A DNA stretch of 64,000 nucleotides, from NCBI GenBank assembly GCA_963768985.1, contig CAVYJZ010000001.1, positions 87,002-151,001 of the forward strand, read 5' to 3'. Numbering within the stretch: the first letter of the stretch is position 1; each line of letters starts with the position of its first letter. A program made the translations under genes and the position numbers. This stretch comes from an uncultured delta proteobacterium. Lineage in GTDB: Bacteria; Myxococcota_A; Polyangia; Polyangiales; Houyiibacteriaceae. A model generated the notes under the pieces. That model saw only the letters and a list, made by a program, of their open reading frames with translations, was not told where the DNA came from and made no database searches. Shown here piece by piece: positions 8,680-18,496 of the stretch.

Positions 8680-9603
8680 ATGCCAAGGGTCGAGCTCGAG
8701 GTCGGGGAGGAGGATGCCGGGGAGCGGCTCGATGTCGTGCTTTCGCGCCGAGTGCCCCAACTGAGCCGCGCGCGCGCCAGGGCACTCGTCGACGAGGGAG
8801 GGGTTCGGGTATGCGGTCGGCTGGCGAAGAAGAGCCACAAGGTCGCCGCCGGAGACTGGATCGAGGTGCATGATATGCCCGGCCCCGCGGATTTCGACGC
8901 AGCTCCCGACCCAGACCTCGCTCTCGAGGTCTTGCTCGAAACAGAGGCCTATGTGGTGGTCGACAAGGCGGCAGGGGTGCCGAGTCACCCATTGAAGGAG
9001 GGCGAGCTCGGCACTCTAGCGAACGCCCTGGTCGCCCGTTACCCCGAAATGCGAGGCGTGGGCTACAGCAAGCGCGAGCCGGGTATCGTCCATCGCCTCG
9101 ACATCGACACATCTGGAGTGATGCTCGCCGCCCGCAACCAGGAGGCGTTCGAGGCGCTTCGGAAACAACTCGAAGCGGGCGAGATCGAAAAGCACTATCT
9201 CGCGCGTTGCCAAGGCGTCGTACCCGCACCGATCGTGATCGATCTCCCGATGGCCAACGATCCCCGCGACCGCCGCAAAGTGCGCGTCTGCACAGACCCG
9301 CGCGAGATCAAACGTTTGCGTGCGCAACCCGCGAGAACCGAAGTGCTGACCAGCACGCCCGCTGCGCACGGGTCACTCGTCGAGGTTCGCGCGGACAACG
9401 CGCGGCGCCACCAGATCCGGGCCCACCTGGCCGCCATCGGCCACCCGCTCCTCGGCGACACCCTCTATGGCGGCCCTCCCCTCGAACCCCTTAACCGCCA
9501 CCTCCTGCACGCCGTTTCCATCAAAGTGGGGACATGCTCCACCAGCACAAAGCCCTGGAATCACAGGCTTTCTGCGCCAAAGATCGCAGCTCCTGACGAT
9601 TGA
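8680..9603 (+). CDS. RluA-family pseudouridine synthase (RluD/RluC-like) with N-terminal S4 domain
   Basis: Catalytic 'HRLDIDTSGVML' and 'RHQIRAHLAAIGHPLLGDTLYG'. The start is taken at MPRVELEV. Confidence 0.88.
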   Translation: MPRVELEVGEEDAGERLDVVLSRRVPQLSRARARALVDEGGVRVCGRLAKKSHKVAAGDWIEVHDMPGPADFDAAPDPDLALEVLLETEAYVVVDKAAGVPSHPLKEGELGTLANALVARYPEMRGVGYSKREPGIVHRLDIDTSGVMLAARNQEAFEALRKQLEAGEIEKHYLARCQGVVPAPIVIDLPMANDPRDRRKVRVCTDPREIKRLRAQPARTEVLTSTPAAHGSLVEVRADNARRHQIRAHLAAIGHPLLGDTLYGGPPLEPLNRHLLHAVSIKVGTCSTSTKPWNHRLSAPKIAAPDD

Positions 9604-9606
9604 GAT

Positions 9607-11643
9607 TCAGCGGCGCGGGCGTTGTGAGCGCCGGTCGCGTTTGGGCTGGCTCTTGCCGGGCTCGACCCTAGCCCGAAGTTGCTCGACCTGATCGCGCAAA
9701 CCCGCAGCTTTCTCGAACTCGAGCTCCTCGGCGGCGAGCAGCATCTCACTGCGGAGCTCTTCGATTCGGGCGCGGATATCCGCCGAATCGTTTGACGCTT
9801 CGCCCTTCTTCAAGATCGGAATCACGACGTAGTCGCCCGCCCCCGTCGATGGGTCCATCTCGAGCACGGCCTTCTTGATCGTCTGGGGCGTAATCCCGTG
9901 CTCCTCGTTGTACTCCGTCTGCCGTGCGCGTCTGCGTTCGGTTTCATCGATCGCGTAGCGCATCGCCTTGGTGATCCGATCGGCGTACATGATCACTTCA
10001 CCGCTCGCATTGCGCGCGGCCCGGCCGCTGGTTTGAATCAGCGAGCGAGGTGATCGGAGGAACCCCTCTTTGTCCGCATCGAGGATGCCGACCAGGGAGA
10101 CCTCGGGCAGATCCAAACCCTCCCGAAGCAGGTTGATACCCACCAGGACATCGAACTCGCCCCGCCGTAAATCTCTAAGAATATCAATACGTTCCAATGT
10201 ATCCACGTCGCTGTGTAGGTAACGTACCCGAACGCCGATCTCGCTGTAGTACTCGGTGAGATCCTCCGCCATTCGTTTGGTCAGAGTCGTGATCAGAACG
10301 CGCTCGTTCCGTGCAACGCGCACGCGGATTTCACCGAGAAGGTCGTCTACCTGGTGCTTGGTTGGGCGCACGTGCACCTGCGGGTCGAGGAGCCCCGTCG
10401 GACGAATCATCTGTTCGATCACGACGCCACCAGCGCGATCGATCTCCCAATCGCCGGGTGTCGCACTCACGTGAATGACTTGCCCGACGCGCGCCTCCCA
10501 TTCGTCGAACTGCAACGGTCGATTGTCGAGCGCGCTCGGCAGCCGAAACCCGTGCTCCACCAGTGTCTGTTTTCGCGATCGGTCGCCGCGATACATCGCC
10601 CCGATTTGCGGCACCGTGATGTGGGACTCATCGAGGATCACGAGAAAGTCGTCCGGAAAGTAGTCGAGCAGAGTGGGTGGAGGCTCGCCTTCCTTGCGCC
10701 CCGAAAGATGCCGACTGTAGTTCTCGATTCCATGGCAGAAGCCCATCTGTTCGAGCATTTCGAGGTCGTACATGGTGCGCTGCTCGAGGCGCTGTTTTTC
10801 CAGCAATTTTCCTTCTGATTCGAGCTTTGGGAGCCATTCAAGGAGCTCTCTGCGGATCGACTTGATCGCGCGCTGTCGATGCTCGTCCGGCGTGACGTAG
10901 TGGCTGCCAGGGTACACCCCGTACTGCTCCAGCTCGGCGATGACCTTGCCGCGCATCGGATCGATCTCGACGATCCGCTCGATATCGTCGCCCCAGTACT
11001 CGACACGCACTGCGAGATTCTCCGAGTGAGCAGGGAAGATTTCGACGACGTCGCCACGAACGCGAAAGGTGCCCCGATGGAAGTCGATGTCGTTGCGTTG
11101 GTATTGAATGTCGACGAGCCTGCGCAAGAGACGATCTCGCCTGAACTCCTGGCCCACTTCCAGGTTGATCAACATTTCTTGGTACCACTCAGACGAGCCG
11201 ATTCCGTAGATGCACGATACGCTCGCAACGATGATCACATCTCGGCGTGCAAGCAGGGATCGCGTCGCGCTGTGTCGCATGCGATCGACCTTGTCGTTCA
11301 CGATCGCGTCTTTCTCGATATAGGTGTCGCTCGACGGGATGTATGCTTCGGGCTGGTAGTAGTCGTAGTAGCTGACGAAGTACTCGACCGCGTTGTTTGG
11401 GAAGAGCTCGCGCATCTCGCTGTAGAGCTGTGCCGCCAAGGTCTTGTTGGGGGCCATGATCAGGGTTGGACGCCCCGTCGCCGCGATCACGTTAGCGACT
11501 GTAAACGTCTTCCCACTACCCGTGATCCCCAACAAAACCTGGTGCTGGTCACCCCGGGCCAGCCCCTCCAAGAGCTGGGAAATCGCCTCCGGTTGGTCCC
11601 CTTTGGGTTGCAGATCAGTGACCAGCTCCAGCTTCCGCGACAT
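9607..11643 (-). CDS. uvrB: Excinuclease ABC subunit B
   Basis: '[10 protein letters not shown]', '[10 protein letters not shown]', and the C-terminal UVR motif '[17 protein letters not shown]'. Confidence 0.97.
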   Translation of the reverse strand: MSRKLELVTDLQPKGDQPEAISQLLEGLARGDQHQVLLGITGSGKTFTVANVIAATGRPTLIMAPNKTLAAQLYSEMRELFPNNAVEYFVSYYDYYQPEAYIPSSDTYIEKDAIVNDKVDRMRHSATRSLLARRDVIIVASVSCIYGIGSSEWYQEMLINLEVGQEFRRDRLLRRLVDIQYQRNDIDFHRGTFRVRGDVVEIFPAHSENLAVRVEYWGDDIERIVEIDPMRGKVIAELEQYGVYPGSHYVTPDEHRQRAIKSIRRELLEWLPKLESEGKLLEKQRLEQRTMYDLEMLEQMGFCHGIENYSRHLSGRKEGEPPPTLLDYFPDDFLVILDESHITVPQIGAMYRGDRSRKQTLVEHGFRLPSALDNRPLQFDEWEARVGQVIHVSATPGDWEIDRAGGVVIEQMIRPTGLLDPQVHVRPTKHQVDDLLGEIRVRVARNERVLITTLTKRMAEDLTEYYSEIGVRVRYLHSDVDTLERIDILRDLRRGEFDVLVGINLLREGLDLPEVSLVGILDADKEGFLRSPRSLIQTSGRAARNASGEVIMYADRITKAMRYAIDETERRRARQTEYNEEHGITPQTIKKAVLEMDPSTGAGDYVVIPILKKGEASNDSADIRARIEELRSEMLLAAEELEFEKAAGLRDQVEQLRARVEPGKSQPKRDRRSQRPRR

Positions 11644-11697
11644 CTCCCGAGGCTATCACCCCTTGCATCGAGGGGTAGTCCCCATAATGAGTGGGCG

Positions 11698-12414
11698 ATG
11701 GACTTCCGCCGCCTTCTCGACGTGACGACCGCAACCGCTGCGAGCGCGGCACGCCCGAACTTCGGCAACGTTCACCATCCGCGCCGCGCTGTTCCAGCGG
11801 CGCCGCTCGAGCTCTACGAGTTCGAGGTCTGCCCATACTGCCGCATTGCGCGCGAGGCCCTATCGGCGTTGAGCCTCGATCCGATCGTCTACCCTTGCCC
11901 GCGGGGCGGCACCCGCTTCCGAGAGAAGGTCAAGACGGAGGGTGGTCGATATCAGTTTCCATATCTCGTCGATCCAAACACCGGCGTCTCGATGTATGAG
12001 TCCGCCGATATCGCCGAGTACGTCTTCCGCGAGTACGGCGACGGCCGCCCGCCTTGGTTTCTGCGATGGCGCGCATTTGCCGTACCGACCTCGATGCTCG
12101 CGTCGGGGTTTCGTCCGAGACGGGGCCGTCGCGCCATCCGTTCCCGTCAACCCGAAAAGCTGCTCGAGCTCTACTCCTACGAGGGATCGCCCTTCTGCCG
12201 GATCGCGCGCGAGGCGCTTTGTGAGCTCGAGCTTCCGTACAGGCTTCGTAACGTGCCGCGCCAAAGCCCAGACCGCGATCGCTTCATATCGCTTTCCAGC
12301 AAAATGCAGGTCCCCTATCTGATCGACCCGAACACCGGCGCACGGATGTTCGAATCAGACGAGATCTGGCGGTACCTCTACGACACCTACGCGATCGACG
12401 ACGCTCGGCGTTAG
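11698..12414 (+). CDS. Tandem glutaredoxin/GST-N-like domain protein
   Basis: Two internally duplicated modules: 'LELYEFEVCPYCRIAREAL...FPYLVDPNTG' and 'LELYSYEGSPFCRIAREAL...VPYLIDPNTG'. ATG at 11698. The upstream part of ORF 10879.. is antisense to uvrB. Confidence 0.75.
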   Translation: MDFRRLLDVTTATAASAARPNFGNVHHPRRAVPAAPLELYEFEVCPYCRIAREALSALSLDPIVYPCPRGGTRFREKVKTEGGRYQFPYLVDPNTGVSMYESADIAEYVFREYGDGRPPWFLRWRAFAVPTSMLASGFRPRRGRRAIRSRQPEKLLELYSYEGSPFCRIAREALCELELPYRLRNVPRQSPDRDRFISLSSKMQVPYLIDPNTGARMFESDEIWRYLYDTYAIDDARR

Positions 12415-12443
12415 GCCGACGAACGAGGCGTCCGAGCGATTCC

Positions 12444-13532
12444 TCAGCCGTTCCTTTGGGCGAAGGCCTTCGTGAAGTCGACGAATTTCAGGACGTCGGA
12501 GGGCTCCATGGCGTTGTAGATCGACGCGCGAATTCCGCCGACCGAGCGGTGACCCTTGATACCCACCATGCCGGCCGCAGCGGCCTCGGCGATGAGCTTC
12601 TTCTCGAGCTCCTCGGTCGGAAGGCGGAACACAGGGTTCATCACCGAGCGCGACTCCACCTCGACGGGGCAGCGGAAGAAGCTCGGGTTCTCGTCGATCA
12701 TCCCGTAGATGTAGCCGGCTTTCTCACGGTTGCGCTTCTCCATCGCGCTTGCGCCGCCCTGGTCGCGCATCCAACGAAGCACGTTGCGGATCATGTAGAC
12801 TGGGAACGTCGGGATCGTGTTCTGCAACGAATCGCCATCGAGAATGGTCTTGTACCGAAAGATCTTGGGCAGCGTCTTGGGACTTCGCTCCGCCAAATCC
12901 TTGCGCATAATCAGCACGGTGATGCCTGCAGGGCCGAGGTTCTTTTGCGCGCCTGCGTAGATCAAGCCGAACTTCGACACATCGATGGGGCGCCAGAGGA
13001 TGTCGCTCGACATGTCTGCAACGAGCGGAACGTTCCCGCTTTCCGGGTAGGTGTGGAACTGCGTCCCCATGATCGTATTGTTTGTCGTGATGTGCGCGTA
13101 AGCCGCGTCGGGGTCGAGGTCGAGCTCGGCTTGTGTCGGGACACGCGTGTATTTGCCATCGACTTTTCCGGTTCCAGCCTCGCGGGCCTCGCCGGTGATT
13201 TGGGCTTCGCCGAGCGCCTTGTCACTCCACGCGCCGGTCATGACGTAGTCGGCCGACTGCCCCGGTCCACGAAGGTTCATCGGCACGAGTGCGAACTGCG
13301 CCGACGCTCCGCCCTGCATGAACAGCACTTCGTGGGTATCTGGTATGGCGAGAAGCTCACGGAAGAGAGCCTTTGTCTCCTGGTGAAGCTTCTCGTACGC
13401 GCTCCCACGGTGACTGTGCTCGATGAGCGACATCCCCGTGCCCTCGTAGTCGAGGAATTCTTTGTGAGCATATTCGAGGACCGGCAACGGAAGAGTCGCG
13501 GGCCCCGCATTGAAGTTGATGACGCGAGCCAT
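12444..13532 (-). CDS. serC: Phosphoserine aminotransferase
   Basis: 'INFNAGPA', 'FMQGGASAQFA', and PLP lysine context 'YAGAQKNLGPAG'. ATG at 13532. The longer ORF runs through the tRNA and is rejected. Confidence 0.93.
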   Translation of the reverse strand: MARVINFNAGPATLPLPVLEYAHKEFLDYEGTGMSLIEHSHRGSAYEKLHQETKALFRELLAIPDTHEVLFMQGGASAQFALVPMNLRGPGQSADYVMTGAWSDKALGEAQITGEAREAGTGKVDGKYTRVPTQAELDLDPDAAYAHITTNNTIMGTQFHTYPESGNVPLVADMSSDILWRPIDVSKFGLIYAGAQKNLGPAGITVLIMRKDLAERSPKTLPKIFRYKTILDGDSLQNTIPTFPVYMIRNVLRWMRDQGGASAMEKRNREKAGYIYGMIDENPSFFRCPVEVESRSVMNPVFRLPTEELEKKLIAEAAAAGMVGIKGHRSVGGIRASIYNAMEPSDVLKFVDFTKAFAQRNG

Positions 13533-13603
13533 AGGCGCCGCAGCGTAGCCGTGGTTTCGGGCCGTGCAACTCGCTCTCGCACTGCTTCCCGACCCTCGAA
13601 AAA

Positions 13604-13679
<76 letters not shown>

Positions 13680-13811
13680 GAGGTCGGGCGTTCGTATAGC
13701 TGCGCCGCTTCCGCGTGCAACTCGAACCACGCAGCGGTGCGGCCGAGTAACTGAAAATTCGTGCGGTTACCGCGCTTGCCGAGGGGGTCCTCCAACCTCT
13801 ACCTTGAAGTG

Positions 13812-14561
13812 ATGAGGGACACGTGGGGGAGAGGTCTCCGGTGGATTTGTTGGGGCGCGCTGCTGTTGGGTCTCATCGGCGGGGCTTCGGCGGCGGCCCA
13901 GGAGGCGGCCGACGATGCAGCGGCGCGAGAGTATTTCGAGCGCGGTCGCGCATCGTTCGAGCAGGCGGACTACGAGGGGGCCCTGGTGTATTTCCGGCAC
14001 GCCTACCGGCTGAGCCGTAGAGGCGAGCTTCAGTACAACATCGGCGTTGCAGCAGACCGCTTGCAGCGCGAGGACGAAGCACTGGAAGCGTTCGAGCACT
14101 ATCTCGAAGAAACCGACAATCCTCCACGTGCAGCGGAAGTGCGCGAACGCATCGGCGCGCTTCAAAAATCGATCGCCGAACGAAAAGCGACCGAGCGCGC
14201 GCTCCAAGAAGCAACGATCCGCTATCAAAGCCCTGCGCAGGGATCGATAGCGAGTGACGGCGCGCGGATTCCGAGCTCTGCGATCATTGGAGCGAGCGCC
14301 ATCGCTGCCGTTGGCGTCGCCGGTGTTGTGGCGATGGGCGTGGGGCTTGGGAAGAACGGTTCGTGCAAGCAAGAGGTCGCGGGTGGCTGCGTGACGGAGA
14401 GCTCGGCGACTCCGTGGACTTGGGTGTACGGAGGGCTTGGTGTCGCGGCATTGGTAGGCAGTGCCACTTGGCTCGCCGTGAGCGCAAAGCGCCACAAGGA
14501 TGGACGGAGCACGCAGGTGTCGCTGTCGCCGACGGGACTACGGGTATCGGGAACATTCTGA
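13812..14561 (+). CDS. Hypothetical membrane protein with signal peptide, TPR-like helical region and two C-terminal TM segments
   Basis: 'WICWGALLLGLIGGASAAAQ', then 'YFERGRASFEQADYEGALVYFRHAY'. Hydrophobic stretches 'IIGASAIAAVGVAGVVAMGVGL' and 'WVYGGLGVAALVGSATWLAV'. Confidence 0.5.
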   Translation: MRDTWGRGLRWICWGALLLGLIGGASAAAQEAADDAAAREYFERGRASFEQADYEGALVYFRHAYRLSRRGELQYNIGVAADRLQREDEALEAFEHYLEETDNPPRAAEVRERIGALQKSIAERKATERALQEATIRYQSPAQGSIASDGARIPSSAIIGASAIAAVGVAGVVAMGVGLGKNGSCKQEVAGGCVTESSATPWTWVYGGLGVAALVGSATWLAVSAKRHKDGRSTQVSLSPTGLRVSGTF

Positions 14562-14603
14562 TCGAAGTATCAAAATAGACACATCTCACAGGGACTGCGA
14601 TCG

Positions 14604-15278
14604 TCAGATTTTCAGCAGGTCGAGTAGCTGCCCGACCGCATCCACCATGCCGCTCGGGGCTTGAACGCGCGGCACCCGGACGATCGGAATGTGGGGAAGG
14701 TAGTCCGCCAAGACGTCGGCATTCGACGCGCGGCTCATGTCTTCCTTCTGGCTTCGGTCGACGTGGTTGAGCACGATGGCGTGGACCGCGATCTTTCGTT
14801 TTTGGAGCGCCTCGATTGCGGTGAGTGTATAGGACAAGACACCAAGCGCGTTGCGCGCGACGACGACGGTTTGCAGATCGAGCAACGCAGCGAGATCGGC
14901 GATTGTGTGCTCACGATCGAGCGGAACCAAGACCCCTCCCGCGCCCTCGACGATCGCGCAGTCTGCATCATGGGCGAGCACGCGAATCGTCTTGGCGAGC
15001 GCGTGAATCGAGCCGACGCTTGGACCCCCACGCCTTTCAATCGCATAGGGCGCAAGGGGTTCCTTCGAGCGATACAAGCCCGGCGCGTTTGCCAATGACT
15101 GGTTGTGGCAAGCGCGCGCGAGCTGCAGTGCGTCGAGCGGGTCGGGATCGACACCGGTTTCGATCGGTTTGATCGCAGCGACACGTTTGCCTCTTTGTAC
15201 GCATGCGCTGGTCAGCGCGCTGGCAAGCCAGGTCTTCCCTACTCCGGTGCCCGTTGCAGTGATGAACGCGCCTTTCAT
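14604..15278 (-). CDS. bioD: Dethiobiotin synthase
   Basis: 'FITATGTGVGKT' P-loop. The size and position directly downstream of bioF also fit. Confidence 0.9.
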   Translation of the reverse strand: MKGAFITATGTGVGKTWLASALTSACVQRGKRVAAIKPIETGVDPDPLDALQLARACHNQSLANAPGLYRSKEPLAPYAIERRGGPSVGSIHALAKTIRVLAHDADCAIVEGAGGVLVPLDREHTIADLAALLDLQTVVVARNALGVLSYTLTAIEALQKRKIAVHAIVLNHVDRSQKEDMSRASNADVLADYLPHIPIVRVPRVQAPSGMVDAVGQLLDLLKI

Positions 15279-15289
15279 ATCGAGCTCTC

Positions 15290-16453
15290 CTATGGTTCAA
15301 CCAGGAGCGACGCAAACGCGGCGATCGCTTGGTCGATCTGATCGGGTCGATGGGTAGCCATGGGTGTGATCCGAAGGCGCGCGGTTCGCTCCGGAACCGT
15401 GGGTGGCCGAATCCCCTGAACGAAGACTCCGCGGGCGAGGAGCTTTGCCGAGAGCTGCATCGTGCGATCGTTGTCCCCGATCAGCACCGGCAGGATTTGA
15501 CTCTCTCCTGCGGGGACGTCGAAGCCCAGGCGTCGAAGGTCAGCGCGAAGCTTGCGGGCATGCCCAAGCAAGGTCGCCCGCGCCGTGTCCGCCTCGCGCA
15601 CGAGCTGTAGCGCGGCGATCGCTGCCCGCGCGATCATGGGCGGCGGCGCGGTGGAATAGACAAAGCTTCGCGCCCGGTTGCGAATGAGCGAGACGATGTC
15701 CTCGCTAGCCGCAACGAACGCTCCCGCAACGCCGAACGCCTTCCCAAGCGTCCCAACGATCACGTCGGGCGCGACACCGAGTGCAGACGATAGCCCGCGT
15801 CCGTGCGGGCCGAGCACACCCAGGGCGTGCGCTTCGTCGACGAGTAGCCCGCTCTCGAAGGAACGCGCGAGTTGGTCGATCTCACGCAGAGGCGCAGTGA
15901 CTCCATCCATCGAAAAGAGCGAGTCGGTCATGATGAGCGAGCGGCGCGCGCGCGTTCTGTGCTTTTTGAGGAGGCTCTCGAGATGGCCGACGTCTCGGTG
16001 AGAATAGACATGAACCTCCGCGCGCGACAGACGAGACCCGTCGATGAGGCTTGCGTGGTTCAGGGCGTCGCTGAAGACCGCGTCACCGGGGCCGACGAGA
16101 GCCTGAACGGTTCCCACGTTGGCTGCGTACCCGGTGGAGAAGAGTGCGGCCGCAGGACGGCCCAGGAAGTCGGCGAACGCGGCCTCAGCCTGACCGTGAG
16201 CCTCCATCGTTCCCGTGATCAAGCGGGATGCGGCTGCGCCCACGCCATCGTCGCGGCCGGAGGCTTCGCATGCGCTCGAGAGGACCGGGTGGTTCGCGAG
16301 CCCGAGGTAATTGTTGGAACAGAGGCAGAGGACGGGGCGGCCGTCGATTTGGACTTCGGGGCCCTGGGGCCCCGATATTCGGCGGGGCGTTCGAAGCAGC
16401 CCAGCGGCTTCCAGTTCCAGGAGGGCCTCGCGGATCTGAGTCTGAAAGCCCAT
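15290..16453 (-). CDS. bioF: 8-amino-7-oxononanoate synthase
   Basis: Class-II aminotransferase fold. 'NYLGLANHP', 'SRLITG', and PLP lysine 'GTLGKAFGVAGAF'. Confidence 0.9.
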   Translation of the reverse strand: MGFQTQIREALLELEAAGLLRTPRRISGPQGPEVQIDGRPVLCLCSNNYLGLANHPVLSSACEASGRDDGVGAAASRLITGTMEAHGQAEAAFADFLGRPAAALFSTGYAANVGTVQALVGPGDAVFSDALNHASLIDGSRLSRAEVHVYSHRDVGHLESLLKKHRTRARRSLIMTDSLFSMDGVTAPLREIDQLARSFESGLLVDEAHALGVLGPHGRGLSSALGVAPDVIVGTLGKAFGVAGAFVAASEDIVSLIRNRARSFVYSTAPPPMIARAAIAALQLVREADTARATLLGHARKLRADLRRLGFDVPAGESQILPVLIGDNDRTMQLSAKLLARGVFVQGIRPPTVPERTARLRITPMATHRPDQIDQAIAAFASLLVEP

Positions 16454-16504
16454 AAGGCGGATCTAAGCCCACAGTTCCTCGAGGGTCAAACCCGCGGGGG
16501 TCGT

Positions 16505-16562
16505 GGATGTTGCACGTGAAACATCCCGCGCCGGTCAGGGGAAGGATGTTGCACGTGCAACA
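16505..16562. promoter_or_regulatory. Two copies of a 19-bp element GGATGTTGCACGTG(A/C)AACA, each containing a 16-bp palindrome; candidate operator(s) upstream of bioF-bioD
   Basis: TGTTGCACGTGAAACA at 16508-16523 (one mismatch). TGTTGCACGTGCAACA at 16547-16562 (perfect palindrome). They are 39 bp apart, in the 110-bp gap between the J-protein stop (16564) and the bioF start (16453). Confidence 0.45.
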
Positions 16563-16563
16563 C

Positions 16564-17529
16564 TCAGAGCTGGACGTCCTTGCGAGGATCCACCGCGAAC
16601 GCGTCCTGCACGGTCTTCAACGCCTTTTCGACCTCTTCGGAATGGTCGCTGGGAAGCATGATCTCCAGATGGGCGATCAGATCCCCTGCTGTCTTGTCCT
16701 TTGCTCGCACACCCTTCCCCCGCAAACGCAGCTTCGAGCCGCTCTGGGAACCTGCGGGGATCGAGAGCTGAACGCTCCCCTCCGGCGTCGGCACACTCAC
16801 CTTCGCCCCGGAATAGGCCTCCAAGGGAGTGATCGGAACCCGCACGTGAAGCTCCTTACCCCGCATCCAGAAGTAGGGGTGGGTCCGAACTTTGACCTTG
16901 AGCACCAGATCCCCTGCCGGGCCGCCGTAGGAGCCCAGCCCTCCCTGACCCCGAAGCCGGATCTTCCCCTCGTTTCGAACTCCGGGAGGGATACGAACCT
17001 TCATGGTGCGCTCGCCGTCCGGCGCACGGAGGCTCAGCTCCTTGGTGCAACCGAGGACCGCGTCGCGAAAATCGACCGTGACTTCGGATTGGAGCTCCGC
17101 GCCCTTTCGGGGCGCGCGGACATACGCGCCTCGCCCGGGTCCGGCCTGGCCGAAGAGATCCTCCAAATTGAACTCGTACTCCCCTGCCCGACCCCCGCCC
17201 CTCCGGCCTCGGCTTGCCGCTCCGAAAATGTCTCCAAAGTCGAATCCACCAAACCCAGCGGCGCCCTGGGTCGCGGCTTGGTATGCCTCCGGGTCAAAAC
17301 CTTCTCGAAGCCCCATCTCGCCGTACTGGTCGTAGAGCTTCCGCTTCTCGCTATCCGAAACGACCGAATACGCCGCCGCGACCTCCTTGAAGCGATCCTC
17401 CGCCTTCTTGTCATCGGGGTTGCGGTCCGGGTGCAGCTCCTTGACGAGCTTTCGGTACGCCTTCTTGAGCTCCGCAGGGCTCGCATCGCGCGACACCCCC
17501 AGGATCTTGTAGAAATCGCGGTCAGCCAT
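16564..17529 (-). CDS. J-domain co-chaperone without zinc finger (CbpA/DnaJ type II-like)
   Basis: 'DFYKILGV...HPDRNPDD', a Gly-rich linker, and C-terminal substrate-binding repeats. No CxxCxGxG. ATG at 17529. Confidence 0.85.
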   Translation of the reverse strand: MADRDFYKILGVSRDASPAELKKAYRKLVKELHPDRNPDDKKAEDRFKEVAAAYSVVSDSEKRKLYDQYGEMGLREGFDPEAYQAATQGAAGFGGFDFGDIFGAASRGRRGGGRAGEYEFNLEDLFGQAGPGRGAYVRAPRKGAELQSEVTVDFRDAVLGCTKELSLRAPDGERTMKVRIPPGVRNEGKIRLRGQGGLGSYGGPAGDLVLKVKVRTHPYFWMRGKELHVRVPITPLEAYSGAKVSVPTPEGSVQLSIPAGSQSGSKLRLRGKGVRAKDKTAGDLIAHLEIMLPSDHSEEVEKALKTVQDAFAVDPRKDVQL

Positions 17530-17719
17530 GGTGGTTGAAGATAACCATTTGCGGACGCGTTTCAATGCGAACGATAGATATCCTGAGGCGAATTAGGCTG
17601 TATTTCATGTAAAACAGGCCACTTCTGTCTAAAAAATCGCGATGAATAGCCACGCGAGCGCTTCTAGCGGTTTCCCGACCGTTCTTGCTGCCTTCGGAAT
17701 CGCATGATACTCGCTCGCC

Positions 17720-18496
17720 ATGGGCTTGGTCGATGTCTCCCGCCTTCCGCAACACGTCGCCATCATCATGGATGGCAATGGACGCTGGGCTCAGGCGAAA
17801 GGCAAAGCCCGAACTGCGGGGCATGAGCGCGGCGCCGACGCTGTACGCGCGACGATGCGTGCGGCTCGGAGGCTCGGCATCCCCGCTCTGACCTTGTACG
17901 CATTCAGTGAACAGAACTGGGATCGGCCGGAGCAGGAGGTCAACGCGCTCGTCGACCTCCTGTGCGAGTGCCTCGTGTCGGAACGCGACGAGCTCATCGA
18001 CAACGAGATTCGCTTGTCCGCGATCGGCCGGCTGCACAAGCTTCCCGAACGCGCGCAGGCGCGATTGCGATCTCTGATGGCCGAAACCCGATCTTGCGAA
18101 GGCATGACGTTGACGCTCGCGCTGTCCTACGGCGGACGCGAGGAGTTGGTCGATGCCGCGCGCACGCTCGCATCGGAAATTCGCGACTGCACGATCGAGC
18201 CCAGCGAGATCGACGAAGCGGTGATCACACGGTTGCTTCGGTCGATGGATGTGGGACCCGTCGACTTGCTCATCCGCACCGGTGGAGAGCAACGCATCAG
18301 CAACTTTCTGCTCTGGGGATGCGCCTACGCGGAGTTCTATTTCACCGAGGAGCTCTGGCCAGATTTCGATGCAAATTCGCTATATTGCGCGATTGAGGCA
18401 TACCAGGACAGGGAGCGAAGATTCGGTCTCGTTTCCGACGTACGGCAGGAGCCAGAAGCCAGCACAGAACGTAGCAAGTTGGAGCGCGCAATATGA
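17720..18496 (+). CDS. uppS: Undecaprenyl-diphosphate synthase
   Basis: 'HVAIIMDGNGRWA' and 'RTGGEQRISNFLLWG'. Confidence 0.93.
   Translation: MGLVDVSRLPQHVAIIMDGNGRWAQAKGKARTAGHERGADAVRATMRAARRLGIPALTLYAFSEQNWDRPEQEVNALVDLLCECLVSERDELIDNEIRLSAIGRLHKLPERAQARLRSLMAETRSCEGMTLTLALSYGGREELVDAARTLASEIRDCTIEPSEIDEAVITRLLRSMDVGPVDLLIRTGGEQRISNFLLWGCAYAEFYFTEELWPDFDANSLYCAIEAYQDRERRFGLVSDVRQEPEASTERSKLERAI

Noticed and set aside
7256-9229. A 327-aa plus-strand ORF antisense to dnaJ, and the 574-aa extended version of the dnaJ ORF.
   Set aside because: The J-domain begins right after the GTG at 8599. The upstream 200 aa are Arg/Pro-rich and overlap the genuine RluA-family gene on the other strand.
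10879-11697. The N-terminal 273 codons of the 511-aa plus-strand ORF.
   Set aside because: This part is antisense to uvrB. Coding-like sequence with thioredoxin-fold motifs starts only at the ATG at 11698, in the intergenic region.
13680-14561. A possible genomic island or integration site next to tRNA-Ala.
   Set aside because: There is no integrase, no direct repeat of the tRNA 3' end and no compositional shift. The neighbouring genes are ordinary chromosomal ones.
16507-18292. Long ORFs 16507..17538 (+) and 17522..18292 (-).
   Set aside because: They are antisense to the J-protein gene and to uppS respectively. They have no motifs and a GC-shadow composition.
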